A stretch of 64,000 bases of DNA, taken from the NCBI RefSeq assembly GCF_009914755.1, contig NC_060931.1; one strand, written 5' to 3'. This document shows, piece after piece, positions 1-12,845 of this stretch. Position 1 is the first letter of the stretch, and each line of letters starts with the position of its first letter. Origin of the DNA: the human T2T-CHM13v2.0 reference genome, Homo sapiens. A model generated the notes under the pieces. It was not told where the DNA came from, searched no databases, and saw only the letters and a program-made list of their open reading frames with translations. Position numbers and translations under genes: made by a program.

Positions 1-859
1 GATTAAAATAGTATATATTATGTTATGTATACTTTACCACAATAAAATATTCTATTAACATAAAAAATAATTAATATAGAAGTTCCAATTATACTTTGGA
101 AACTGAGTCACTTTAGTTGGCTTCCTTTTCTGACTAGATTTTTAGGCAATTTACATTTCTACTTTTTCATTATAATGGAAGCCATTGCCAGAAAGTAAGA
201 GAAATAGATGCTGAATAAGCAAAAGTAGCAAATGCTGTCTATACCATAGCTCCAAAGCAGGATGTAGGCTTGAGGTAGTTGCAAAAGCTAAAAAACCAAG
301 TCAGGAGGAGAGTTCTGGCAATCAGAAGCAGAGGGACCATGGATTTTACAGAAGGATCAAGAGGGCTTTTGTGAATAATGTGTTTTACTTTTAGATTCTC
401 TTTCTGCATCCGTAAAATGGGAGACTCATCGGATACTATTTACAGTTTTTGAATCAGTTTGAATCACCATACAACCCCCATTAATTCAGTTCAGCATTTT
501 GATTCTCCCTCTAGATTGCAAGATCCTTTGAATATAATTGATGCTATTTTTATTCCTAAATTCCTTGTCATTTATGGTAATAATCTATTAATAATGAATA
601 AATGAAGGCAAACTCTGTAACACAGTGCTCATCTTATCAGAATGTGCAGTTCAGGGAAATATTGATTTGCTTATCAGCCAAACAACTGACATATCTTAAT
701 TGATAAGTTGAAATATCCAATTCGGGAAAAGTATTCAAAGATTTTGTTAATCTACAAGTGCAGAATAAAATACCAATTTTGGTGAATTGAACCTGCCACA
801 AAATAACAATCCATAGAGAAAGATAAGATAATAAAAGCATAATAACAGTCAACATTTTA

Positions 860-1075
860 TTTAGCATTTACTAAGTGCCAGACTCTGTATTAAATACTTT
901 TTATGAATTCTCTTATTTAAATTTCACAATGAATTTTAAGATATGTATTTTTATTTTAAAGGTGAAAGAACCCAAAGATATAAAGTTAAATGATTTCCCC
1001 AAGACCAAAGTAACTATTAGATTAATAGTTTAAACCCAGAGAATTGAATCCATGACCTACGGGGTTTTAAAACCA
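860..1075 (-). mobile_element. MIR SINE relic
   Basis: Degenerate match to the antisense MIR core (catttactaagtgccagactctgt...aagttaaatgatttccccaagacca...gaattgaatcc). Confidence 0.6.
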
Positions 1076-2054
1076 ATGTACATTTCTTAAGTGGGGTGGC
1101 ATGAGAAGAAGACCAGGAAGTTCTGACTTTGTGTAAGCATTGGGCCACTCTGCACATGTAACTTCTTAACTCAAAGATTTGTGCTAACTCTGCAATGACT
1201 GTTGGTGAGATCCTTATTAGTGGTCACAGATTTCACAGCTTTTTTTTTTCTGTTTTCTGTTTTAAGGAGTGAACATTTTAATGGTTTTCAGCAGTGAAAT
1301 AGCCATTTAAGGTTTATTAAGAGCATCTGTAAGCCGGAGGCTTTTTGTGGAATGCTATGGGAACAGATACATATTTAAAATAAAAGTGACATGCCTATTT
1401 CTGTAAAAGAGGAGCTAAAATATTTCTGTAGGAAAAAGATCTGGTTTTTAAAACAGATAGTTAAAAGTACCTTTTTCAATAAAATAAAACGATTTAACTT
1501 TTTAAGTACATGATTTATTCATGCCAAAAAATTAAGTATATATGAGTTCTCATTTTAAGTGCTCATGTGAAAATATTTCTCCTTGCAATGCATGCTTTAC
1601 AGGTGTTCCTGTAACATGGGGCCAGCCTTATATGTAGCTTTTCAATATGCTAGACATATGCGATACGTATAATACCGCTGACCAGGTGTACACTCATTGG
1701 TAATTACTGTCCAGCCTATTTAGCTCTTTTGGTTTTAGTGTACTACTAATGAGATCTAGCTCATCACTTCATTCCTCCAAATCACGTAGCTCTAAACAAA
1801 CAAAGCATAGCTGCATAGAGCCATCCTCCATACCTTTAACCCAATTTAACTCTTGTCCATATGTGTTATGTTGATTTGGGCAAGAGAATCTCTGTTTGGA
1901 AACAAAAGAAACTAAATAAAACAAAGAAGAATCACCACCCCCACTCTCACCAGGCAACTCAAAATATAGGCCCTGACTTACCAATACTATTTTTACCTTA
2001 TTTCTGCATTATTTGATGAAGCCATCAGTTTAATCATTATGTTCTATTTCTGAA

Positions 2055-2570
2055 GTTGTTTCATTGAAGAATAACAGACATGTAGAAAAAGAAAACACTG
2101 TGAATATACATCTCAATAATTCATCATGAAGAAAGTATTCTCATTTAACTGTCTCCAAGGTACACATGATAATGATTTCTAATATCATAGTCTGTTTTTC
2201 CCTAGTGTTTGGCTCCATGAATAAGTGTCTACTCACATTTTTGTTGGTATATACTAGGAAATGGGATTTGCTGCTTCACAGTGCAGGTTTAGATTCAGTT
2301 TTAAAACATAATACCAAACCATATTGCAACATTGGTTGTTTAATTTTACACTCCTACTACAGGGTAGGAGAGTTTCCATCACTCATATCCTTGCCAACCT
2401 TCTTATAAGTAACACAGGGCTGAGTTTTATTATTGTATCACTATGACACAGTGATATTGTATTCTTTTAATTTGGGACATTTCATACCTTTACATTCAAT
2501 ATAGTTATTGATATGATGTAAATCTGTAATCTCACTCCTTGCTTCATATATGATTCACCTAGCTTTTCCT
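2055..2570 (-). mobile_element. Ancient L1M/L1ME fragments
   Basis: Antisense L1M-like motifs (ggtatatactaggaaatgggatttgctg; ggttgtttaattttacactcctact; tttacattcaatatagttattgat). Confidence 0.5.
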
Positions 2571-2720
2571 CTGGTTAATGAGGATCAGACCCTATGTTTT
2601 GCTTCCTTGCCTTTGCCTTTCCATCTTCTATTCTAGCTTCATCAAGGGCCCTAGGGAAAAAGCACCCTCACATATAATTTTTTTAAATTCAGCAACTCAG
2701 ACTTTATTCCAGATCTTCTG

Positions 2721-2758
2721 CAAAACAAAAACAAAAACAAAAACAAAAACAAAAAAAA
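2721..2758 (+). repeat. (CAAAAA)n simple repeat
   Basis: caaaacaaaaacaaaaacaaaaacaaaaacaaaaaaaa. Confidence 0.9.
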
Positions 2759-2814
2759 CCCTGCATAACAAGATCTCTAGTTTATTGTACACATTTAAAT
2801 TTGAGAACATATAA

Positions 2815-3050
2815 TTTTATAAGCATTTGGTATTTGGTGCCTTTTGTGTGCTAGGCATTTCATAAACCTTCTCTCATTTTCTCTTCAAAGAATTTTACAT
2901 GAGAGAGAGAGAGGATAAGAGAAGAAAAAAAGAGAGGGAGAGAGAAATAAGTCAAGCTACATGGTCAAGGTCAGGTTCACAGATGTAGGAAGCTAAAGAA
3001 AGCAGTATGACCCAGTTTATTTAATTCTAAAGTCTGTACAATTTTCAGAG
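2815..3050 (-). mobile_element. MIR relic with GA-rich insertion
   Basis: aagcatttggtatttggtgcc...ctcattttctcttca...ttttacatgag[GA-rich]...gtcaaggtca. Confidence 0.45.
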
Positions 3051-3417
3051 GATCCCATGGTCTTTCTTGTTAGTGATTGCTTACATCCACTTTTTAAATA
3101 TAAAAAAGATACAAAATAATCATAAAGGTAATAAATTTTATAATTTTAGTTAACAAATGACTGTTTCTTTCTCTAAGAATATTTAACTATCATTTTACAA
3201 ATTCATCCCATCAGAAAACCTATGTGTCTGTACACACATACACATGCAGAGATGTGCAAACATGTACATAAATATGTATAAAATATGTGTGTATACCTAT
3301 AACATGTACATATACATATAATTTGGAATGTTTTCCCCTTTCATTGTATATATTTATATATATGTATACTGTCAAGTGTACACATATAAGATTTAGAATG
3401 TATTTTCTTTCCGTTTC

Positions 3418-6400
3418 TATTTTTTATTTCCAACTTTTATTTTAAGTTTAGGGGTACATGTGCAGGATGTGCAAGTTTGTTACATAGGTAAAACTGTGCC
3501 GTGATGCTTTGCTGCACAGATTATCCCATCATTCAGGTATTAAGCCCAGAATCCACTAGCTATTTTTCCTGATCTTCTCCCTCCTCCCTCTCACCCCCCA
3601 TCTTCAACAGCCCTAGTGTGTGTTGAACACATGCATCCATGTGTTCTCATAATTTAGCTCCCACTTGTAAGTGAGAATGTGTGGTATTTGGTTTTCTGTT
3701 CCTGCATTAGTTTGTTAAGGATAATGATCTCCAGCTCCATTCATGTCCCTGAAAAAGACATGATCTCATTCCTTTTTATGGCTGCATAATATTCCATGAT
3801 ATATGTGTACCACATTTTCTTTATCCATTCTATCATTTATGGGGATCTAGGCTTATTCCATGCCTTTGCTATTGTGAATAGTGCTGCAATGAACATACAT
3901 ATGCATGCATCTTTATAATAGAATTATTTATATTCCCATACCTAGTAATGGTATTGCTGGGTTGAATGATATTTCTGTCTCTAGGTCTTTGAGGAATTGC
4001 CACACTGTCTTCCACAATGATTGAACTAATGTACACTTCCACCAACAGTGTGAAAGCATTCCCTTTTCTCCACAACCTCACCAGCATCTGTTATTTATGA
4101 CTTTTTAATAAAAGTCTTTCTGACTGGTGTGAGATGGTATCTCATTGTGGTTTTGATTTGCATTTCTCTAATGATCAGTGATGCTGAGTTTTTTTTTTCC
4201 ATATGTTTTTTGGCCACTTGTATGTCTTCTTTTGAAAAGTATCTGTTCATGACCTTTATCTGCTTTTTAATGAGGTCTTTTTTAAAAAAATTTGTTTAAG
4301 TTCCTTGTAGATTCTGGACATTAGACCTTTGTCAGATGGATGGATTGCAAAAATTTTCTCCCATTCTGTAGGTTATCTGTTCACACTGTTGACAGTTTCT
4401 TTTGCTGTGCAGAAGCTCTTTAGTTTAATTAGATCTCATTTGTCAATTTTTGCTTTTGTTCCATTTGCCTTTGGCATCTTTATCATGAAATCTTCGCCAG
4501 TGCCTATCTCATGAATGGTATTGCCTAGATTTTCTTCTAGGGTTTTTATAGTTTTGAGTTTTACATTTAAGTCTTGAATGCATCTTGAGTTGATTTTTTT
4601 ATATGGTGTAAGGAAGGGGTCCAGTTTCAATTTTCTCCATATGGCTAGCCAGTTCTCCTAGCACCGTATATTAAATAGAGAATCCTTTCCCCATTACTTG
4701 TTTTTGTCAGGTTTGTCAAAGAGCAGATGGTTGTAAGTGTGTGGTCTTATTTATGGGTTGTCTATTCTATTCCACTCCATTGGTCTATGTGTCTGTTCTT
4801 GTGCCAGTACCATGCTGTTTTAATTACTTTAGCCTTGTAGTATAGTTTGAAATCAGGTAGTGTGGCGCCTCCAGCTTTGTTCTTTTTACTTAGAATTGCC
4901 TTTCCCATTTGTGCCCTATTTTGGTTCTATACGAATTTTAAAATAGTTTTTTCTAGCTCTGTGAAGAATGTCATTGGTGGTTTGATAGGAATACCACTGA
5001 ATCTATAAATTGCTCTGGGCAGTATGGCCATTTTAATGATATTGATTCTTCCTACCCATGAGCATGGAATGATTCTCCACTTGTTTGTGTCATTTCTGAT
5101 TTCTTTTAGCAGTGGTTTATAGTTCTCCTTGAATAAGTCTTTCACTTCCCTTGTTAGCTGTATTCCTAGGTATTTTATTCTTTCTGTGGCAGTCGTGAAC
5201 GGGAATACATTTGTGAGTTGGCTCTCAGCTTGCCTGATGTTGGTGTATAAGAAAATGCTGGTGATTTTTACACATTGATTTTGTATCCTGAGACTTTTTG
5301 AAGTTGCTTATAAGCTTAAAAAGCTTTTGGGGCGAGATGATGGGGTTTTCTAGATACAGGATTATATCATCTTCAAACTAAGATAATTTTACTTCCTCAC
5401 TTCCTAACTGAATACCCTTTATTTCTTTCTCTTGCATAATTTCCTTGGCCAGAAGTTCCAATACTATTTTGAATAGGAGTGGTGAGAGAGGACATCCTTG
5501 CCTTGTGCTGGTTTTCAAGGGGAATGCTTCCAGCTTTTGCCCATTCAGTATGATATTGGCTGTGGGTTTGTCATATATGGCTCATTATTTTGAGGTATGT
5601 TCCTTCAATACCTAGTTCATTGAGAGTTCTTAACATGAAGGGATGTTGAATTTTATCAGTGGTCTTTTCTGCATCTATTGAGATAATCATGAGGTTTTTG
5701 TCTTAGTTCTGTTTATGTGATGAATCACATTTGTTGATTTGCATATTTTGAACCAACATGGCATTCTGGGGATGAAGCCTACTTGATTGCAATGGATAAG
5801 CTTTTGATGTGTTTCTGGATTTGGTTTGCCAGTATTTAGTTGAGGATTTTTGCACTGATATTCATCAAGGATATTCACCTGAGGTTTTCTTTTTTTATTG
5901 TATCTCTGCCAGGTTTTAGTGTCAGGATGATGCTCGCCTCATAGAATGAGTTAGGGAGGAGTCCCTCCTACTGAAATTTTTGGAACCGTTTCAGTAGGAA
6001 TGCTATCAGCTCTTCTTTGTACCTCTAGTGGAATTCAGCTGTGAATCTGTCTGGTCCTGGGCTTTTTTTGGTTGGTAGACTATTTTACTGCCTCAATTTT
6101 AGAACTCATCATTGGTCTATTCAGGTATTCAATTTCTTCCTAGTTCAGTATTGGGAGGGTGTATGTGTCCAGGTATTTATCCATTTCTTCTAGATTTTCC
6201 AGTTTATGTGCATAGTGGTGTTTATAATATTACCTGATGGTTGTTTGTATTTCTGTAAGGTCAATGGTAATATCTCCCTTATTATTTCTGATTGTGTTTA
6301 TTTGAAGCTTCTCTCTTTTCTTCTTTTATTAGTCTAGCCAGCAGTCTATTTTATTAATTTTTTCAAAAACCAGCTCCTGGATTCATTGATCTTTTGAAGG

Positions 6401-9400
6401 GCTATTTTTGTGTCTATCTCCTTCAGTTCAGTTCTGATCTTGGTTATTGCTTATCTTCTGCTAGCTTTGGAGTTTTCTTGCTCTTTGTTCTCTAGTCCTT
6501 TTAGTTGTAATGCTAGGTTGTTAACTTGAGATACTTCTAGCTTTTTGATGTGGGCATTTAGTGCAATAAATTTCCCTCTTAACACAATGTTAGCTGTGTC
6601 CCAGATATTCTGGTACATTGCCTCTTTGTTCTTATTCATTTCAAAGAACTTGATTCTTCCTTAATTTCATTACTTACCCAAAAGTCATTCAGGAGCAAGT
6701 TGTTCAATTTCCATGTTGTTCTAACATTTTGAGTGAATTTCTTAATCTTGAGTTCCAATTTGGTTGTGCTGTGGTCCAAGAGGCTGTCTGTTATTATTTC
6801 AGTTATTTTGCATTTGCCGAGGAGTGTTTTACTTCCGATTCTGTGATCAAATTTAGAGTAAATGCCATGTGGCAATAAGAAGAATGTATATTCTTGGTTT
6901 TAGGGTGGAGATTTCTGTAGATTCTATCAGGTACACTTGATCCAGAGCCAAGTTCAGGTGCTGGAATGTATTTGTTAATTTTCTGTCTTGATGATATAAT
7001 ATTGTCAGTTGGGTGTTAAAGTCTCTGATACGGTTTGATTGTTTCCCCATCCAAATTTCATCTCGAATTGTAATTTCCACACGTCAAGGGAAGAACTTGG
7101 TGGGAGGTGACTGGATCATGAGGGCAGTTTCCTCCATGCTTTCTCATGATAGTGTAGGAGTTCTCATGAGATCTGAGGATTTTAAAAGTGGCACTTTCCC
7201 CTTTGCACTCTCTCCTGCCACCATATAAAATGTGCCTTGCTTCCCAGTCAACTTTTGCCATGACTGTAATTTTCCTGAGGCCCCCCCAGTCTCCTTTCTT
7301 TATAAATTAGTGATTTATAAAGAACTGTGATTCAATTAAGCCTCTTTCTTTATAAATTAGTCAGTCTCAGATAGTATTTTTATAGCAGTATAATAATGAA
7401 TTAATACAGACAATTGGTACCAAGATAGTGGGGCATTGCTATAATGATAACCTGAAAATGTGGAAGCAACTTTGAAACTGGATAACAGTCAGTGGTTGGA
7501 ATAGTTTGGAGGGCTCAGAAGAAGACAGGAAGATGAGGGAAAGTTTGGAACTTCCTAGAGCCTTGTTGAACGGTTTTGACCAAAATGCTGATAGTGATAT
7601 GGACAATGAAGTCCAGGCTGAGGTGGTCTCAGATGGAGATAAGGAACTTATTGGGAACTGGAACAAAGGTCATTATTGCTATGCTTTAGCAAAGAGACTG
7701 GTAGCATTTTGCCCCTGCCCTAGAGATCTGTTGAATTTTGAACTTGAGAGAGATGGTTTAAAATTAGAACTTAAGTTTAAAAGCAAGCAGATCATAAAAG
7801 TTTGGGAAATTTTCAGCTTGACTATGTGGTCAAAAAGAAAAACCCATTTTCTGGGGAGAAATTCAAGCTGGTTGCAGAAATTTGCACAAGCAATGAGGAG
7901 CCAAATGGTAATAGCCAAGATAATGGGGAAAATGTCTCCAGGGAATATCAGAGATCTTTAAAGCAGCCCCTTCCATCACAGACTTAGAAGCCTAGGAGGG
8001 AAAAATAGTTTTGTGGACTGCGCCCACAGCTTCACTGCTCTGTGCAGCTTAGGGACTTGGTGCCCTGCATCCTAGCTGCTTTAGCTCCAGCCTTGGCTAA
8101 AAGGGGCCAATGTACAGCTCAGGTCATTGCTTCAGAGATTGCGGGCCCCACGGCTCAGTGGCTTCCACATGATGTTGGGTCTGCCGGTGTGCAGAAGACA
8201 ATAGTTGAGCTTTGGGAACCTTCTGCCTAGATTTCAGAAGATGTATGGAAATGCCCTGATATCCAGGCAGAAGTCTGCTGCAGGGGCAGAGCCCCCTTGT
8301 AGAACCTCTGCTAGGACAGCATGGAAGGGAAATGTGGGGTCAGAATTCCCACACAGAGTCCCCACTGGGGCACTGCCTAATGGAGCTGTGAGAAGAGGGC
8401 CACCGTCTTCCAGACCCCAGAATGATAGATCCACAAACAACCTCCACTGTGCACCTCGAAAAGCCACAGGCACTCAACTTCAGCACATCGAAGCAGCTGC
8501 AGGGGGTGTACCCTGCTAAACCACAGGGACAGAGCTGCCCAGGGCTGTGGAAGCCTACTCACTTGCATCAGTGTGCCCTGGATGTGAGACATGGAGTCAA
8601 AGGAAATGTTGAAGCTTTAAGATTTAATGACTGCCCAGCAGGATTTCAGACTTCTGTGGGGCCTGTGACCCCTTTTTTTTTTGGCCAATTTCTCCCATTT
8701 GGAATGGAAATATTTACCCATTGGCTGTACCCTCATTGTATCTTGGAGGTAACTAACTTGATTTTGACTTTACTTGATTTCTCCCATTTGGAATGGAAAC
8801 ATTTACCCATTGGCTGTACCCTCATTGTATCTTGGAGGTAACTAACTTGATTTTGACTTTACAGGCTCATAGGCAGAAGGGACTTGACTTGTCTCAGATA
8901 AGAGTTTGGACTTGGACTTTTGAGTTAATAATGGAATGAGTTAAGACTTTGGGGAACTGTTGAGAAGGCATTATTGATTTTTAAATGTGAAAAGGACATG
9001 AGATTTTGGAGGGGCCAGGGGCAGAATGATATGGTTTGGCTCTGTGTCCCCACCCAAATCTCATCTCAAATTGTAATCCCCACATGTTGAGAGAGGGAAC
9101 TGGTGGGAGGTGATTGGATGATGGAGGCAGTTTTCCTCATGATGTTCCCATGATAGTGAGGGTGTTCTGACAAGATCTGGTTGTTCAATAAATGTCTAGC
9201 ATTTCCCCTGCACTCTCTGTCTCTCCTCCACCATGTAAAATGTACCTTGCTTCCCATTTACCTTCTGCCATGATTGTAATTTTCCTGTGGCCTCCTCAGC
9301 CATATGGAAATGTGAGTCAATAAACCTCCTTTCTCTATAAATTACCGAATCTCAGATAGTATCTTTATAGCTGTGTGAAAACCGACTAATACAGTCTCCC

Positions 9401-10370
9401 ACTATTATTGTGTGGAAGTCTAAGTCTCTGAAGGTCTCTAAGAACTTGCTTTATAAATCTGAGTGTTCCTAGATTGGATGCAAATATATTTAGGATAGTT
9501 AGATCTTCTCTTTGAATTGAACCCTTTACCATTATGTAGTGCCCCCTTTGTCCTTTTTTATCTTTGTTAAAGTCTGTTTTGCCAGTAACTAGGATTGCAA
9601 CCCCTGCTTTTTTTGGTTTTTCATTTGCCTGGTAAATTTTCCTCCATCCCTTTATTTTGAGTCTATGTGTGTCTTTGCGATGTGAGCTGCATCTCTTAAA
9701 GTTAGTATACCAGTGGGTCATGGTTCTTTATCCAGCTCGCCACTCTACGTCTTTTAATTGGGGCATTTAGCCCATTTACATTTAATGTTAGTATTTCTAT
9801 TTGTGGATTTAATCCTGTCATCATAATGCTAGCTGGTTATTTTGCAGACTTGTTTATGTGGGTGCTTCATAGTGTCACTGGTCTGTGTACTTCAGTGTGT
9901 TTTTGCAGTGGCTGGTAATAGGTTTTCCTTTCCATATTTAGTGCTTCCTTCAGGAACTCTTGTAAGGCAGGGCTGGTGGTAACAAATTTCCTCAGCATTT
10001 GCTTGAGGATCTTATTTCTCCTTTGCTAATGAAGCTTAGATCGTCTGGATATAAAACTCTTAGTTGGAATTTCTTTTCTTTAAGAATGTTGAATGTTGGC
10101 CCCAAATCTCTTCTGACTTATAGGGTTTCTGCCCACAGCTTTCCTTGGTTAGGGGTGGGGGTTCCCTTGGCTCAGTGTCACTCCTGGGTGGGCAGGCGCC
10201 CTGCCCTGCTTTTCTCTGTTCTGCATGGATTGAGTTGTTTCCCTGATCAGTTCCAATGTGAGTACCTGGATATTTCAGTTAAAGATGCTGTATTTACCTG
10301 CCCCTTTCATTCCTCTCCTGAGTGCTGCACAAGGTAGCTGCTTCTAGTCAGCCTTCTTGGCCCTGACCCC
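3418..10370 (-). mobile_element. LINE-1 (L1PA10-13-like) with both termini, internal deletion of 5'UTR/ORF1, interrupted by MSTA at 7026-9393
   Basis: 3' UTR antisense (tttcaacttttattttaag...gctgcacagattatcccatc); many minus-strand ORF2p fragments (e.g. 4927-5145 [16 protein letters not shown], 9386-9721 EN domain); 5' end gccttcttggccctgacccc (mutated YY1 box); degenerate TSD ending in TTTT/AA at 10385. Confidence 0.95.
7026..9393 (+). mobile_element. Complete MaLR provirus (MSTA-like): 5'LTR 7026-7408, internal 7409-9026, 3'LTR 9027-9393
   Basis: TG...CA LTR pair; polypurine tract ggaggggccaggggcagaa; perfect 5-bp TSD GTCTC at 7021-7025 and 9394-9398; MaLR internal ORF remnants (7506-7961 MEGSEEDRKMRESLELPR). 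Confidence 0.95.
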
Positions 10371-10476
10371 TCCTTTCTCTCTTTTAAGACATTGTAATTA
10401 AAAAGCCAGTAAGTCATAAATACTTATTTTAAATGCCTTCTTAGATAAAAAATTTTAATATAAAAGTAAGGATTAC

Positions 10477-10743
10477 TTTTTTTTTCTTTTTTTTTTTTTG
10501 AGACGGAGTCTCGTACTGTTGCCTGGGCTGGAATGCAGTGGTGCAATCTCAGCTCACTGCAATCTCCATTTCCTGTATTAAAGAGATCCTCCTGCCTCAG
10601 CCTTCCGAGTAGCTGGGATTACAGGAGCCAGCCACCACGTCCAGCTAATTTTTTGTATTTTTAGTAGAGACAGGGTTTCACCATGTTGGCCAGGCTAGTC
10701 TCAAACTCCTGAACTCGTGATTTGCCCACCTCAGCCTCCCAAA
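10477..10743 (-). mobile_element. AluS (Sc/Sg-like), 5'-truncated by ~35 nt
   Basis: Poly-T tail and both arms; stops at cctcccaaa; approximate TSD aaaa(g/c)taaggatt. Confidence 0.92.
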
Positions 10744-11749
10744 AAACTAAGGATTTATAATACAAAACTAAGGAGATTTCAGGAAACCTAACTATTTTAA
10801 TAAGTAATATTGACTTTATTTCTTGGAATATTTAAGTTTCTTTCACCATGAAAAATGTTAACAAAAATCAAATTATTTACTTGGTTTGGAATACGTGCTA
10901 TTGCAAAGGCCAATATCTGAACAGTGTCAATATTAGCCAGAATGTCTGATTAATTTTAAATCTTTAAAAATACAATTAATGTTGAAATCTACCTTTTTCA
11001 CATTAGCATTACACCTTTGCATAGTCACTTTTTTTAGTATTTCAAATAATTATTTAAAAATCAATCAATTCCAACACTACTATTTGTTTGCTATGTTGTA
11101 AACCTTAATATTTCCTAGATCTAAAACTACATTTGACAATGAAACAGTTGACTACCATTATAAACTTCATATGAAATATTTTGGATTTTGTTTTTCATTT
11201 TGAGTGCAGGCACCCATAGGATATTGAAAGTTATCAGGATATTCTTCCCACTCCAAGATCCAGGAAAGTAACACATCAATACAGGACAAGGAGATGCTTC
11301 AACATCAGAAATGCATGGGAGAGGTATGTGTTCTTCCCTGGGCTGATTTTGAACAGTTCTTTGAGGATTGCATTGACTCTTCCTACCTTCCACTCCCCTA
11401 TGTGTCTGGCACATCAGTTTGCCCTTAGGTCCTTGCACTGAGTTTCTTTCCCTCAAGATTCCCTTTGCTGAAATTGTTACTGATTGTAATAAACATCCAG
11501 ATGAGTTGGGCTGAGCTTTACCACTTGAAAGTATTTTCAGGTCAATTTTTTGTGATTTTTTAAAAAATGAAACCCTAATTTTACTATGGTGCTTAATGAA
11601 CTTGTGATAAATATCAAAAAACTATGCCAAAATTTAAGGTTGGACCTGAGTTGTTCATATTTAGGGATTTAGGGATGACTAAGACATGAGTTCACCCTTT
11701 CCGCAGAAAGTTATGCACAGTAGAAAAATATAAAAACAGAAGGAAAAAT

Positions 11750-11990
11750 AATTACTTTGTGCCTATTTTTGCTAGCTACTGTGCATACATTATTTTATTT
11801 TACACAAAAACCCTCAAGGAAGTTACATCACCTCTATTTTATGGAGAAGTAAGTGGGCATTACAGAGGGCAAGTATCATAATTTACAGCACCTGGTAAAT
11901 TAGGAGGATTTACCTCATATGGGTAAATGGGACACAAGCTGAGGATTACAGGATCAAAACCCAGTGAGCCTCATTCCAAAGCCTCTCTTC
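11750..11990 (-). mobile_element. MIR relic
   Basis: acattattttattttacacaaaaaccctcaaggaag...ctattttatggagaag. Confidence 0.5.
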
Positions 11991-12114
11991 TTTTCACAAA
12001 ACATCTTACCCTGCCAGACTTGTAACTATTGGTGATATTTATGAATATACAGACAAATAGTAGAATAAATCTATGTGAGTAATTTTTTCTAACTTGTTTT
12101 TCTCCATGCATGGG

Positions 12115-12388
12115 AAGCAGGATGGCATAATGGTAGATAAATGCAATTTTGGTGGTCAGGCAAGCACGAATTTCAATCTTGACTCTAATATCTATTAATT
12201 ACTTTCCCTCTAATATGCATTAGAGTATTAAACTGAACTAGCTTCTGTGAGGCTCTGTTTTCTCATATGTAGAATGGGAATAATAATGGTACCTAGATTG
12301 TAAGATTGTTTAAGTTATAAATGAGATAATGAAAATTAAATGCTTAACAGTGTATAGTAGATAGTAAGCTTACAAAAATATTAGCTAT
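12115..12388 (+). mobile_element. MIR
   Basis: Core ctctgttttctcatatgtagaatgggaataataatggtacct...aaatgagataat...tgcttaacagtg...atagtaagc. Confidence 0.8.
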
Positions 12389-12568
12389 AAGTCTTAGTAC
12401 CTATCGTCAACTTTAACCATTTAAAAACTGCTTAAAACAATGCACCTATTATTAGCAAAAAATTAAAAAGTAAGTCATAATTTATCACCATGCTGTGTCT
12501 AAAAAACATATTTTGATGAGTTGGCAATCATCCATAAATGCATTTACCATCATTTAAAAAATAAATGG

Positions 12569-12845
12569 GGCTGAGTGCAGGGGCTCATGCCTGTAGTCTC
12601 AGTATTTTGGGAGGTTGAAGTAGGAAGATTGCTTGAGGCCAGGAGTTTGAGACCAACCTGGACAACACAACGAGACCCTGTCTCTACAAAAATTTTAAAA
12701 ATTAGCAGGAATGGTGGTGTGCACCTATGACTACTCAGGAGGCTGAGACAGGAGTTTGAGGCTGTCGTGAGCTATGATCAAACCACTGCACCCTACCTAG
12801 GCAAAAGAGCGAGACACTGTCTCTAAAAAAATAAAAATGTAAAAC
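12569..12845 (+). mobile_element. AluJ (small internal deletion in right arm)
   Basis: J-diagnostic ttgcttgaggccaggagtttgag, gaggctgtcgtgagctatgat, gagaccctgtctc; A-tail. Confidence 0.93.

Noticed and set aside
7506-8841. MSTA internal ORFs as a domesticated gene
   Set aside because: Broken across frames by stops, frameshifts and a duplication; ordinary decay.
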